DNA of 64,000 bases from Octopus vulgaris (lineage: Eukaryota), in NCBI GenBank assembly GCA_951406725.2, contig OX597828.1, positions 64,728,001-64,792,000 on the forward strand, written 5' to 3'. Of the stretch, positions 12,690 to 25,854 are shown piece by piece. The notes under the pieces were generated by a model, which did not search any database, had not been told where the DNA came from, and worked only from the letters and a program-made list of their open reading frames with translations. Made by a program: the position numbers and the translations under genes. How positions within the stretch are numbered: position 1 is the first letter of the stretch; every line of letters begins with the position of its first letter.

Positions 12690-13430
12690 GTTGGTAAATT
12701 TTCGCCATATAAGAATTTAATCAATTGTCCGAAAGTTCGCCGGAAATAGTGGAGTACGAATGTAGCAATAACATACTGTTCCATTGGCTGAATCAAACTG
12801 GTTATGTTTGGAGGAAGAAAAGGTAAATGAACATTTTCTGTTTACCAGGTTAGAGCCTTTTTTACAAGAAGCAAGGCTAGTTAACCACCACTTTTTATTT
12901 GATTACCATATAGCAGTAATATGAGATTTGGGAGTATCCTCTCCTCGTTACCTGTATCTCAGAATGATAGCCAATCAGTGGTTTGAGCTTAGTTCAACCG
13001 GATCGTTACCATCAGGTGGGAATGGGGATTGTAAAGTTTTTGTTATTCGTTTCCGGAGCAAGCCTGCCTCATCTGCATCAAACATTTTCTGTAGTCTGTA
13101 TCCTCATTTACCAATATTATTTTACAGTAAAGCTAGAAATTCAGCTTCAGTTACTTCGTCGTCGTTTGTAGATTTTCTTATTTGCATGTAATGCGATCTT
13201 GGATGATTCTTCAAAACCCGTAAACCAACCGCGACTTACTATGATGTTTCCACCTCGATCTAAAACGAAGTACTTTCCATAGCGCATGAAGTATATTTAA
13301 ATTGTCCTTTAGTACGGCATGTAGCACACTTATAAATGCCCCATTCATGTATGTCCTTTAATCATATATTTAAAATACTTTCCAGGATTTCCATTAAGCT
13401 GATTCCATTCATTGTTAAATTTGTATCTGT
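12690..13430 (-). pseudogene. Decayed pogo/Tigger (CENP-B-like DDE) transposase
   Basis: Minus-strand peptides: LESILNI*LKD, SRGWFTGF, GYRLQKMFDADEAGLLRKR, W*SNKKWWLT, FLPPNITSLIQPMEQYVIATFVLHYFRRTF. Confidence 0.8.
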
Positions 13431-14757
13431 TAATCGTGTAACAGTTTGAGCTCAAGACTGATATAGATTTTTCTAGAATTTTTGCAAACGACAGGCTCTA
13501 AAACACTGTTATTACTTCCATTATAAAGATCAACAACAGCTGTAACATTCGTACGATTGTTGGTTGAAGACCGAGAGATCTTTCCATATCTACTGTTGCC
13601 TTCCATCATCGAATCTCCTTCTAACATTACATTATTTTATACCTATACATAGCAGTGGCACACAATCCACACTTAGCAATTATTAGAGCACTGACAAATT
13701 GAGAATATACTTTGCTAACAGAAAATTGTAAAGTATATTTTACCACAACTCATAATAAAAAATGGCTAGTTTTAAAGATGCAAACCTTGTAGTAGTTCAC
13801 CGATCAATCACTTTATTTCAGCTTGTACATTTGACCGTCTCTTATTTATTTATTCATATATTTATTTATTTATTTATAACTTATAATGGACAGCAAGATG
13901 GGAAACACTTTGGGGAAAACCAGAAAGGAAATATTTTGCTATCAGTAAATCTAAGAAATGTCCAACGGACTTGCTGTAATAGTGATTAAATTCTATCATG
14001 TTGAATACCATTCTTGGTTTAGTTTACATTGTATATTTTATTTTTATAATATTGCTACACTTTAAAAGTGTTACGTCTGTATGAATTAGATTGGAGACGT
14101 GTAAAAATTGAATCTTAGCTGACGTTTGTGAAATACTGAATGTCTAGTTATGATGGTTTAATTATTTATTGTATTTTCCCGAACTAAAAAGACAAGTTAG
14201 AAAATAAATGAAAACAAAAAATCAGTTTGGCAGATAGACATTTTCTGAATTTTCATTCGATAGTATTTGTGCTTATATTATTTCGTATTAATATTGTAAG
14301 GAAACGGCGTTAAACGAAACGAGGTCAAGGCTGGGGCACTTTTTAATCATACTTTTTATTCTGTACTGCCCTTGAGAACATTTACAACCCCTTAATTCTG
14401 TTATTTTTCTCACTTAAAGCCCTTTGTATTGTAAATGAGAAATATCACAGTAAAATAGGTACCTTAAAAACAATTTGCGAGAGAGTTTTATTAGAATTAT
14501 TAATTATGAAGTGATATTCCTCTCTTCATAAAGTCAACCATCATTTGCGAATACCTAATTTAAAAGGTATTATAAGTCAAATATTTCATGGTCGATGACA
14601 AGCAATATAAATACTACGCACATAACCGTCTAGGGTTATAAATTCTTAATGTTTGTGTATAAAAAGCTAATTCATTTAATTACAAAAATGAAAACATACC
14701 AATGTTTGCTCTTAAAAGTGTTGTATATAATGGCTCAAGATATATACTTTAAGTGGC

Positions 14758-14820
<63 letters not shown>

Positions 14821-15012
14821 AATAGCACTTCAGTACTAAAATTCAGGAAATATTTTTCATCCTAACATTAAATCGATTAGTATCTTAAAGAGAGACAACC
14901 GATCGTAACTCCTTGTTGTATTAGCATTTTTCATATGAATATAGTTTTCAACAACGTATAATTTTACATCATTTACAATTGACGGATATTTGTCCTCATC
15001 TTGTTTGTTGTT

Positions 15013-15058
15013 AACACAACGTTTTGGCTGATATACCCTCCAGCCTTCATCAGGTGTC
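15013..15058 (-). ncRNA. Minimal type I hammerhead motif with a G12-to-A substitution
   Basis: Reverse complement: GACAC-CTGATGA-A-GGCTG(GAGGGTATAT)CAGCC-AAAA-CG-TT-GTGTT. Confidence 0.65.
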
Positions 15059-15106
15059 TTGGGAAAATTTCAAAATTGGGTTCTCATTCTTAAGGTATTT
15101 TTTCGA

Positions 15107-15484
<378 letters not shown>

Positions 15485-15486
15485 CA

Positions 15487-15559
15487 GGTCACTGCCTGGA
15501 ATCGAACTCGGAATCTTGGGGTTAGTAGCCCGCGCTCTTATCCACTACGTCATATGCCC
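15487..15559 (-). mobile_element. tRNA-derived short SINE or tRNA pseudogene with (TAA)n tail
   Basis: Reverse complement gggcatatgacgtagtggataagagcgcgggctactaaccccaagattccgagttcgattccaggcagtgacc has A and B boxes and a Ser-like anticodon arm, but poor acceptor and T stems. Confidence 0.7.
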
Positions 15560-15611
15560 GTATAATTTTGTAACTCAATTCAGAGGGCCCCCTATAACTG
15601 TCAGAGAGTCC

Positions 15612-15834
15612 TACTCTTACTCTTTACTCTTTTACTTGTTTCAGTCATATGACTCCGGCCATGCTGGAGCACCGCCTTTAATCGAGCAACTCGACCCCGG
15701 GACTTATTCTTTTTGTAAGCCCAGTACTTATTCTATCGGTCTCTTTTTGCCGAACCGCTAAGTTACGGGGACATAAACACACCAGCATCGGTTGTCAAGC
15801 AATGCTAGGGGGACAAACACAGACACACAAACAT

Positions 15835-15900
<66 letters not shown>

Positions 15901-16062
15901 GACGTGCTTCTTTCAGTTTCCGTCTACCAAATCCACTCACAAGGCTTTGGTCGGCCCGAGGCAATAGTAGAAGACACTTGCCCAAGGTGCCATGCAGTGG
16001 GACTTAACCCGGAACCATGTGGTTGGTAAGCAAGCTACTTACCACACAGCCACTCCTGCGCC
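15612..16062 (-). mobile_element. Full-length SINE family A (CORE-like, octopus OR2-like) with internal (CA)n
   Basis: tRNA-like head, ccttgggcaagt CORE-like segment, internal microsatellite, 3' end gctccagcatggcc..gactgaaacaagtaaaagag. Confidence 0.9.
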
Positions 16063-16949
16063 TATTTCAACATTTACGATTATGAACAGTCATAGTTAAT
16101 TACAAAAAAAAAAACCTGCTGCAATTTAACAAGGACACCGATAATAATATATTCGAGAGATACCACAAGAATTTCTTCTATAAGCAGAAAAGTCAGTGTC
16201 TTACCTGCAGTATAATGTTGAAAACCACATATGAAAAGAATGAGTTTTGAGGGACGTTTCTAACAACTTAGCACAGTTTAAACTGAGAGCCACGATACCT
16301 TTTGAACAGAGAAAAATAAGAAAATGAAATAAATAAATATATGAATTAGTAAATGAATACAATATAGTGAATATTTAGCGATAAAAATATGAATACCTGG
16401 CTAAACTGTTGTCATTAATTGTAATTAATATTGATGGGATAACATTTTAGATTGGAAAATATAATTTAATTAATTTATTAGAAGTATGAATTCCAGTCAA
16501 TGACAATGTTCATAATATTTCTTTTACATTATTCATATTTGTGTAGATTTGAAACACTTTAAAATTACAGTCTTTTAATTACATCAGAAATGCTCGTAAA
16601 CACGCGCACTTTCAAATATACGCATACTCATTCATACCCATGCACACATAAACACATACGCGGACGGATATATAAGTGCGCATGCATACATACTCGTACA
16701 CGCATACATGTACAACATTTATATGCATATAGATATATATGCTCATGCACATAACACTTTAATACACATATCTCATATACAAGCACTCACATATGTATGT
16801 ATGTGCCAGCATAGTCTGCCATCCATAATAAAAGATAAAATATACATAGAAACATACGTACATATACATATAACCCTTTATTAAATATATTAAATATACG
16901 TACATACATTCGTATATACATTAATACATACATTCGTATATACATTAAT

Positions 16950-17424
16950 GCATACATGCATACATACCTAACTACCTACCTACCTACCTACATACATACA
17001 TACATACATACATACATACATACATACATACATACATACATACATACATACATACATACATGCATACATACAAACATACAAACATGCATGCATACATACA
17101 TACATACATACATACAAACATACATACATGCATGCATACATACATACATGCATACATACATACATACATACATACAAACATACATACATACATGCATGCA
17201 TACATACATACATACATACATACATACATACATACATACATACATACATACATACATGCATGCATGCATACATACATACATACATGCATACATACATACA
17301 TACATACATACATGCATGCATACATACATACATACATACATACATACATACATACATACATACATACATACATGCATACATACATGCATACATACATACA
17401 TACATACATACATACATACATACA

Positions 17425-17458
<34 letters not shown>

Positions 17459-17472
17459 AATGCATACATACA
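16950..17472. repeat. (TACA)n tetranucleotide microsatellite, about 500 bp
   Basis: Direct reading. Confidence 0.97.
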
Positions 17473-17855
17473 TTTCACCTTGAAGGATATGCCTTCGCTA
17501 CCCAGGAACAAGAGGGAGCTGCTAAGTACTTGAATATTTCGTTTCAAACGAGAGAGACAAAGATACCACCAAACCGCCACGTTGTGAGAGAAAATGTTAC
17601 AGCAGTGTGGAACGTCAGCAGCTGCCGAAAAATCTTTAAGAGATGCTACCTGCCCCTGTGTCATGATATAGTAGCAAAGACTATTTACAAGGCTATCCGT
17701 GCTTACTATTGTCCTGATGTATACGTCAAAAGCACGTGAGAAGTAATATGTATTCACACCTTTAAAAACAAGGAATACTGATGGAATATTATAATATAAA
17801 CAACAATTTGATGGAAACATAAGAAACCCGATATTGTTCTGTGGAACTGTAAACA
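17473..17855 (+). pseudogene. R4-clade (RLE) non-LTR retrotransposon fragment: degenerate zinc-knuckle region and PD motif
   Basis: HLEGYAFATQEQE..KYL...VSSCRKI..CYLPLCHDIVAKTIY...KEY*WNI...HKKPDIVLWN. Confidence 0.75.
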
Positions 17856-17879
17856 GGAATTAAAACAAAGTAAAACAAT

Positions 17880-18054
17880 GGTTACTCCCGAAGGAGAAAC
17901 TGATTTGTTGTTTGGTAAATATTAGAGTCCTACAAGGTGACCCTTTGGATCCTTTTCTCTTCATTGTGATTCTGGATTATGCTCTGAATTTGCCACTACA
18001 TTATACAGGGCCAGAATGAAACACCGCAACCGACCTGATGGCATGCGAGATCTT
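17880..18054 (+). repeat. Local duplicate of RTE segment 11119-11293
   Basis: 175 bp with 8 mismatches counted by eye; shares the same frameshift. Confidence 0.9.
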
Positions 18055-19966
18055 ACAGGGAATCTCCAGTGGCCGTTTGTATTTCAACAGCAAAAATGAC
18101 GAAAGGTATACTAAACCCCATACAGTATAAATTGTTCATATATTGATATTACCTCTAGTAGTAGTTGCGTCTGGCTCCGAACGAAAAGAGGAAGTAATAA
18201 AAATAATCCAGAATTAGTAGTGCATGGACTTGGCATGAAATTAAGGAATAAGCAATGCATGTTTGGCCATGAAGACCAGGAGATAGCTGTATTCGTGTTC
18301 CAGTTTCAATACGTATCGTAATAACATCAGTATAAACGTTTGTGCCTTTGTGTAAACTAACCGTGGTATCTTAGCTCGGGAAATAATCACAACGCAAGCT
18401 GTATCTACGGTACAGAATCGATTCACAGTTTTCTTTAGTTTACTTGTGTCACATCGGGGAAGGATCTTACGATCAATTCACAACATTCTTCAAACCAACA
18501 AAGCTATTATTTCATTCCTGGTTATCCAACTTCCACAGGCATAAATTATTGAATCAATATCCCAGATCGGAATACCAGGTATTAGAAATTACACAACGGA
18601 ATATTTGTAACATAGATATATTATGTAATACAAGTTGTATACGTAATCGCAACCGAAACTGTATTTGTTAGCATGTCTATTTTCACGATTACGAAATGTA
18701 TTTAGATATGTTCTCTTCAGAAACGTAGTTACCAATTATGCTGCACTGCATGTAATGCTATACAGAGCTATGTACATATTTTAAGATAGAATATACAGAA
18801 CATACACTTCTAAGTCTGAGTATTATTAGGTTTTTACAAATATGTCCATAAAATTATATAATACGAGGTATAAAAGAAAATGAAAACCATGTTTGCTGAG
18901 GGAATGTTAGATTGCAAGAAGAATATAATTGATCGGTTTCCCAGGAAATATTTGGAGCATCATTCTTAAGATTTGTTCTTTGAGTTGTATACAACGAAGC
19001 TCTGCATTTGATTTATGTACGCAGATATGCAAGAAATTATTTCTAAATTTAAATGATTGAGTGTAAAACATTACACAGGAAGAACTATTAGAACTTTAGG
19101 AAAGGAAGCGAAAACTTCAGAGTTAAGAGCGAATTATGTTACAATGTATTACCTTTATTGAATTTGGATATCGACCGAACAACGTACATTTTAGTTTAAG
19201 GTAAATTTATTTATGTGTACTGAAATGTGATTAAGAAATATATTCTTCATCATTGAAGTTAGATTTTAATAAGTGAAACATCAAGAAACATACATTATTT
19301 ACCGTTAGTTAGAGACTATTTTGGAAATCAAAGAGTTATGATGATTATGAAGAATAATTCTGATGACTTAAAAGCTGATGATACACATATACTCAATATC
19401 AGTGTGACTTGTGTCAATAGGAAGAAAGGTGTACGAACATTTTACAGAAAAATAGACAAAATTGTCTGTGCCTGTATGTGTGTGTATTGTGGTTGTGTGT
19501 ACTGTGTGTGTATTGTGCATGCGTGCGTGTGTGTATGTGTATGTATGTGTGTACGCGCGCGTGTGCATTTCTATGTGGGTGTGTTAAATGTCAGTGTCTT
19601 TAGAATATTGGAGTGAACACTATGCAGTAAGTGTACAGATTCTTCACTCTGAGTTCAATCCCGCAGATTTCAGTTTCGGAATATATTTCCAGGAGACCGA
19701 TGTTAGAGGAAACTGTTAGTGTGTCAGGCGAAGTATCTTGTGGCATCAATTCAGGATCTTTATCCTATCACAGCAGCGTCTCAGATGGTACTGCTGCCAA
19801 GCTGTATCCATCCAGTTTGGTTTGCATATTCTTGGATAAACATGTTTGGTTTGAAGAAGTGATATTCAAATGTTAGCCTTTCTGAAATTGGTTATGTAGA
19901 ACTGCATATTCATGTAGACATGAATAACTTTGAATGACGGAGTCTCCAAGGATATGTATCTAACTG

Positions 19967-20005
<39 letters not shown>

Positions 20006-20182
20006 TGTATGTGTGTGTGTGTGTGTGCGTGTGTGTATGTGTTTTTGAAAGGTTTAAATGAAAGGCTCACACACTAGGAAAAAGTTCCTCCCCAAAAAGG
20101 TTAGTAACTTCCTCATAAAGGATTTCATAACATTTTTTAAAAAATTAATTTTTTAAATGTACGCTTCAATATATATATATAC

Positions 20183-20241
<59 letters not shown>

Positions 20242-20270
20242 CATATATATATATATTATATATTTATATG

Positions 20271-20301
<31 letters not shown>

Positions 20302-20302
20302 G

Positions 20303-20355
<53 letters not shown>

Positions 20356-20469
20356 GTTGTTGAGAATCAACAAATACACTTTTTGAAGTGTACATTTAAA
20401 AATTTAGTTTTTTAAAAACGTTATTAACGGTGCTAAGGCAGTAAAACAAATGGGTAGAATCTAAGAAGA

Positions 20470-20950
20470 TCTACTGTATACCCGAAACAACATTTAGATC
20501 GTTCAAAGACCCGGCATCCAACGCCGACAAAACCGCACGGTGAGGGCAAACTTGAAAATGTTGAACAGTAGTCGATTTTGAATGCCGGACTTTGCCAGTC
20601 GATGTTGATAAGCGAATTAACATGGCTACCCTAACAGAGTGGCTGTGTCTAACAAGGCAGGTGGGCTTGTTGCTACCTAATGTCGCCAAAGCGTGTGTTA
20701 AATATCTCCTCAGCTCTATGACTGAAAAAAGTCTCAACTTCAGTAATGCAAAGCGTCTGATAGTAGCACGGCACGAAACGAATGGTGTAGAACAGTTTCA
20801 GTATGGAAAGCAGTCCTCCAATGCCTCCAAGTCCATGAATGCCTCATGCGCATGTTTAATACATAGCCTATCGAGCGTATCGTGCTGGGCCAGCTTGGAT
20901 TTAAAAATCAGTCGAACAGCAGGTCGAGTAACATAAAACCGAACATTATG
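20470..20950 (-). pseudogene. Possible highly decayed RTE/BovB-like RT C-terminal fragment
   Basis: Weak motif echoes: AHEAFMDLEALEDCF, LGS, HRAVLSALDAGS (compare YRAVVLSTLLYGSE). Confidence 0.3.
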
Positions 20951-21189
20951 AGGTAATTTTTAGAGGCTCGCAATTGACGAACGTTGTTAACGATGGCACC
21001 GAAACTATTTTCGTCATAATTGACATTAAATAACTTCAGCATTTAATTGGTTTTTAAGTTGAAACTTCGACAAGCAAGAATTGTTGAAGAGAAATTGTTT
21101 TAGATTGTGTGAGCAAGTGTGTCCATACTCGCATGATCTCAGTACCAAATATTGGTTTTAATTTTTGATACAAATCAGCAAGCACGCGA

Positions 21190-21335
21190 GGAACGGTTAA
21201 GTCAATTACATCGACCCAAGTGCTCGACTGGTACCTATTTTATTAACCCCAAAGGCGGAATTTGAACTCAGATGAACGTAAAGCCGCTATGGATTTTGCC
21301 CGGTGTGCTGATGATTCTGCCAGCTCACTGCCTTC
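21190..21335 (-). mobile_element. Diverged SINE family D
   Basis: catcgaccc..ctggtac..ggcggaatttgaactcag..gattctgccagctc. Confidence 0.7.
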
Positions 21336-22624
21336 TCATTACCAAACATCAGAGGTCCAATGTGTTACCATCTGTCATATCGTCCCAAATGCAAAGAGAA
21401 CTGGGCCTGTGCAACAATTCTAATGCATGCCCGTACAACATATAATATCATTGGTGCACGTTTGGTCACTCGAGGCTTAAATAAGACAATATGTAGTCGG
21501 AATTCAGACTATAGCTGACTTCTAATATATTGTCTAGATGCATGCAGTTGAAGGCATTCTTTATACCTACATTCACAATGGAATGTAAGATATTCATTTA
21601 ATTAGGACTATGGATATAGTGTTTTCAACAAATAGTTTAGTAGTACATGATTTCTCATATGATAAATACGCAACTGCAGTTAAAGCTGGGATTATTAATT
21701 TTGAAATAACTTTGGATCTTGAGACCAGATTAGAAAGACTTCGAAATTAAAGATTGGAAACTTCTTGCTTGCTATAGTTCCTGGTAGTATAAACCGTAGG
21801 ATATTTTATGCCCCACTTCCCTGCACTCAGTGTTTTTCGTTTTCATGCTCTAATTCGCTTCCACTGATTTATCATTTAATGCAGTGTTAGGCTGAATTTT
21901 CGTGGAAATTATTAAATTATGCGCTCGGTGAAAATGCTTGATGCAAAGACCTGCAGAGCTAATCTATTCCGTGATATCTTTATCTGTATCAGGGCTGCTC
22001 TGCGCCTCAGATCCAAGCAGTCAATTGAATTACATTTCTAATGAACTGACTCGAATAATCAATCACATGATAATATGCAAATGCAATCACTAGTATATGG
22101 TAATTTATTTTATAGTTGTTTTCATCCAAAATTTCAACTTTTCTTCGTGCTTCTGCGATATAACAAAGATATCGCGAAATCTCTATCATATTGCCACTGC
22201 AGTGTAGCAGTAGAGAAAACTATCATTAATGCAATAATGCTAGCTACAAAATCCTCGAAACTAGTGGCGACAGGGAGGTGCCAATCGTCATGAATATCCC
22301 AGCGCCACTTATGGTAGCTATTCGTATCGCCAATCTCCGATGACATCAATCAGTGGTGAAATTTAGAATGCAGAATAGATAGAATTGACGACTATGGTAG
22401 GCTGGAACTGATTGAATTCATTACTGGATATAGGTGAACAGAAATTAGATTGTCGGTAAGAGATGAAATAAGACGTAATGGAAAAACAATAGGAATTGAT
22501 AAGGGAAGATTGACCAAACAGAAATTAGTAAATGTGAGATAATTTCTAGCCTTTTTCTTTTCTTTCTTTTGCAATATCCCTTACGATGAATTCTGCTGAC
22601 TGGAACTGAATATGTGTTAGTGTA

Positions 22625-22708
<84 letters not shown>

Positions 22709-22845
22709 TGTGAGTGTGTGTGTATGTGTGTGTGTTAGCGAAATATAGTACATAATAGACATACTATGTCTGTGACTGAAACCAATTCCATTCACGGTAT
22801 CAAGTCACCTGTGATCGAGCCCTGAAAGTGAAATATAAAGTTACA

Positions 22846-23053
22846 TTCTCGAGTCACGCCGACTCATAAGGGCCGGTTTCCCGGTTTCAATGGCGTATAT
22901 ATTCCGCACCGGGACGGAACGCCTGTCCGGCACAGGTTTGCTCATTGTTGCCAGCTGAGTGGACTGGAGCAACGTGAAATAAAGTGTTTTGCCCAAGAAC
23001 ATAACGCGTTGCCCGTTCCAGGAATCGAAACCACAATCTTATGATTATGAGCA
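22846..23053 (-). mobile_element. SINE family C with short tail
   Basis: ccagctgagtggactggagcaacgtgaaataaagtg..ccaggaatcgaaaccacaatctt matches the heads at 3845 and 5537. Confidence 0.8.
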
Positions 23054-24579
23054 TTAAGTCATTCGTCTCCACTGTCGAAGCCCTTGGTTGGACTGTGATG
23101 TGGTGTTTCCTATTACTTGATGGTTCACAGCGACGAGCGATGAAATTGGTAAATGTATTTTTAAAAATATTTTTTTCACTTCATCGACGTCGGAATGACG
23201 GAAAGCAACGTTGATCGCATCAATTATTGAACTAGCATTGCAAAGAGTGCAGCAAAAAATAATGCCCAGCTCAACGCTCAACCAATTCTTCCAATTCTTC
23301 GTCCAAGCAAACGTGAGATAATAGATAAGAAGATGAAAACAAATGACAAATACAATCACGAGAGAAAGAAAGGTAAAGTGAGTAGGAAAGTGTAAGAGGC
23401 TTCTGTGTGTATTAGCATAAAATAAAAATTCATGGCCTAAAAAAGTAAAATAATTGAATAAATATTTATGAGTGAAACAATATCGATATGAAACAAACAA
23501 GGGAGTCAAATGTCAGATAAGAGAAACCAGTGGGAGCGACAAGTTGATAATGAATAACAGAAACCGAGGGAAAGTGCGAAAGAAGAGGAAAAAAGAGAAA
23601 GAATGAAGCGAAGAGAAAGGTGACTGATCATTATTTAAATTGGTTTGACAACTAAATATAACTGCACAAAATTATTAAAGGATAAATCAACAGCGGATAA
23701 TTCTTGCTACGGTCTGTTTACACTTCCACATTTAGCTCTCGCTTTCTCAATGTCTATCTGTCCGTCAATGTCTGATATATACATATATGTGTGTGTGCGT
23801 ATGTGTATGTGTGTGAGTGTGTGCATGCGTGCGTGTAGGTGCTTTTACATACATGCATACATATATAAATACATACATATGTTAATTGTTATATGTGAGG
23901 TATACGTGTTGACATCTGCACCAGGTTTTGGTGACCAGGTAACTGAACATCTCAGTAGTTTGTAAATGAATGGTTCAAAATACCATTCACTTGAATCTGA
24001 AATTTCACAAACTCTTCTGTAAAGCAAATGACAAAGGGATTCACAAGTCGAACATGCTCTATACTTTGGAATACCAGAGAATGACATAGCGCTAAAGTAA
24101 CTTATTGAGTAATACAATCTAGATTCATTGAATATATCCAAATTTACAAAAGCCATGATTTTTATTGTCAAACATATTCTGGTAAAACGAGGAACAGACA
24201 TTTCAAAGTAGTGAGAATAAAAAAAAAAGCTACTGTGTGTAAAAAGCACGTTGAAAACAGAATCAAATCTTACCACAAAAAAAATCGTAAAAGGAAACCA
24301 GACTTTTGTATAACAAAAAATTAACCTTAATATATGATATAAATTTCATTTAGGTTTTTCAACTTGGAGTAAAGTATAAAAAACAATTAAAGTGTGGAAA
24401 AATTAATTGAAAAGTTTTTTTTTTTTTAATATTCCCATAGTATTCAAATACAAGGGGCATTTTTCTTCTTTCTGCCTGTCTCTATCTCTCTTGATTTTTT
24501 ACTCTTGTGGGTTCGAGGTAGTTATGAATTCTTGTCTTTGAGTGTTTAAGCCGCAGTAGTTGTAAAGGAAGGGATAGCA

Positions 24580-24859
24580 GAGAAGAGGAAGAAGAAGCAG
24601 CGGAAGAAGAAGAAGAAGAAGAAGAAGAAGAAGAAGAAGAAGAAGAAGAAGAAGAAGAAGAAGAAGAAGAAGAAGAAGAAGAAGAAGAAGAAGAAGAAGA
24701 AGACGAAGAATAAGAAAAAGAAGAAGAAGAAGAAGAAGACGAAGAAGAAGAAAAAGAAGAAGAAGAAGAAGAAGAAGAAAAAGAGGAAGAAGAAGAGGAA
24801 GAAGAAGAAGAGGAAGTAGAAGAAGAAGAAGAGGAAGTAGAAGAAGAAGAGGAAGAAGA

Positions 24860-24892
<33 letters not shown>

Positions 24893-24930
24893 AGAAGAAG
24901 AAGAAGAAGAAGAAGAAGAAGAAGAAGAAA
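24580..24930. repeat. (GAA)n/(GAG)/(GCA)n compound trinucleotide repeat
   Basis: Direct reading. Confidence 0.97.
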
Positions 24931-25013
24931 TACTAATAAAAGAAGAAAAGAATATGGAAGTGGTATGATATTAGTAGGGTGTTAAATTTTGAAGTGACCT
25001 AAAATTATTTAGG

Positions 25014-25714
25014 TATGTGGTGAAGCAGTTAGGTGAACCCTAATTATAATTATGTGGATAATTTTACCTATAAAGGTTATTTTAACGTACAAATCTACTT
25101 GGTAAAATTGTCAATTAATTGATTAATTAATTAATTTATTTAATAAATTTTCCCCTTCTATTATTAATTTAAACTTATGATTTACTCCATGATAGAATAC
25201 TGCAGTTTTCTGCGGTATTGCTCGTATCATACACGTGGGTATGGAATTTGAATAGTGTATTCATATTCGTCTCTGTAAATTTTGAAAGTGTTGGTTGGAT
25301 ATCTGTTACATGATGTCGCTCGACTGTGTGCATATTCGGCCATAGCACTTTCTAATATTATATAAATTGGAAATATTATACTGAAGAGAGAAATAAGTAA
25401 AACTTAAATTACTTCAATCTCGAAACGCGTATATAGTTAATCCTGGTCGTGTTGTTTCATTGTTTTTCTCTTTGCCTTCGTAAAAAAGTATGTTTATCGA
25501 CATGGAGATTCTTATAGAAGTAGAAAAGGAATTTTTAACTCCTTTTTCTATTTCGCTATGTGGTAAAGCAGTTAGCTGAACCCTAATTATAATTATGTGG
25601 ATAATCGCACCTATAAAGTTTATTTTAACGTACCGATCTACTTGGTAAAATTGTTAATTAATTTAATTAATAAATTTTACTCCTCTATTAATAAATTTTA
25701 CTCCTCTATTATTA

Positions 25715-25718
<4 letters not shown>
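25014..25718 (+). mobile_element. Non-coding element with about 155-bp direct repeats (25014-25170, 25557-25718) around a hammerhead
   Basis: tatgtggt(g/a)aagcagttag(g/c)tgaaccctaattataattatgtggataat... repeated at a 543-bp period. Confidence 0.75.
25375..25437 (+). ncRNA. Minimal type I hammerhead ribozyme with canonical core
   Basis: ATTATA-CTGAAGA-GAGA(..AAGTAA/TTACTT..)TCTC-GAAA-CGCG-TA-TATAGT. All conserved core bases present, palindromic stem III (ACGCGU), GUA cleavage triplet. Confidence 0.8.
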
Positions 25719-25778
<60 letters not shown>

Positions 25779-25854
25779 AAAGTATTTGTCTATCTGTTTG
25801 ATTTAATGAATATACATATAAATCAAAAGTAAAGACCCCTTTCGGTCATGAATG

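Noticed and set aside
15487-15559. Functional tRNA-Ser gene
   Set aside because: Mismatched acceptor and T stems, atypical ACT anticodon, no long variable arm, and a (TAA)n tail: SINE or pseudogene.
16956-17820. Long ORFs such as (MYVC)n and (HTYI)n, also at 7025-7799, 9008-9431, 42059-42639 and 44781-45911
   Set aside because: Translations of microsatellites lacking stops; no protein-like complexity.
24580-24930. Poly-Glu/Ala coding exon
   Set aside because: Simple repeat with an in-register TAA and no supporting flanking coding context.
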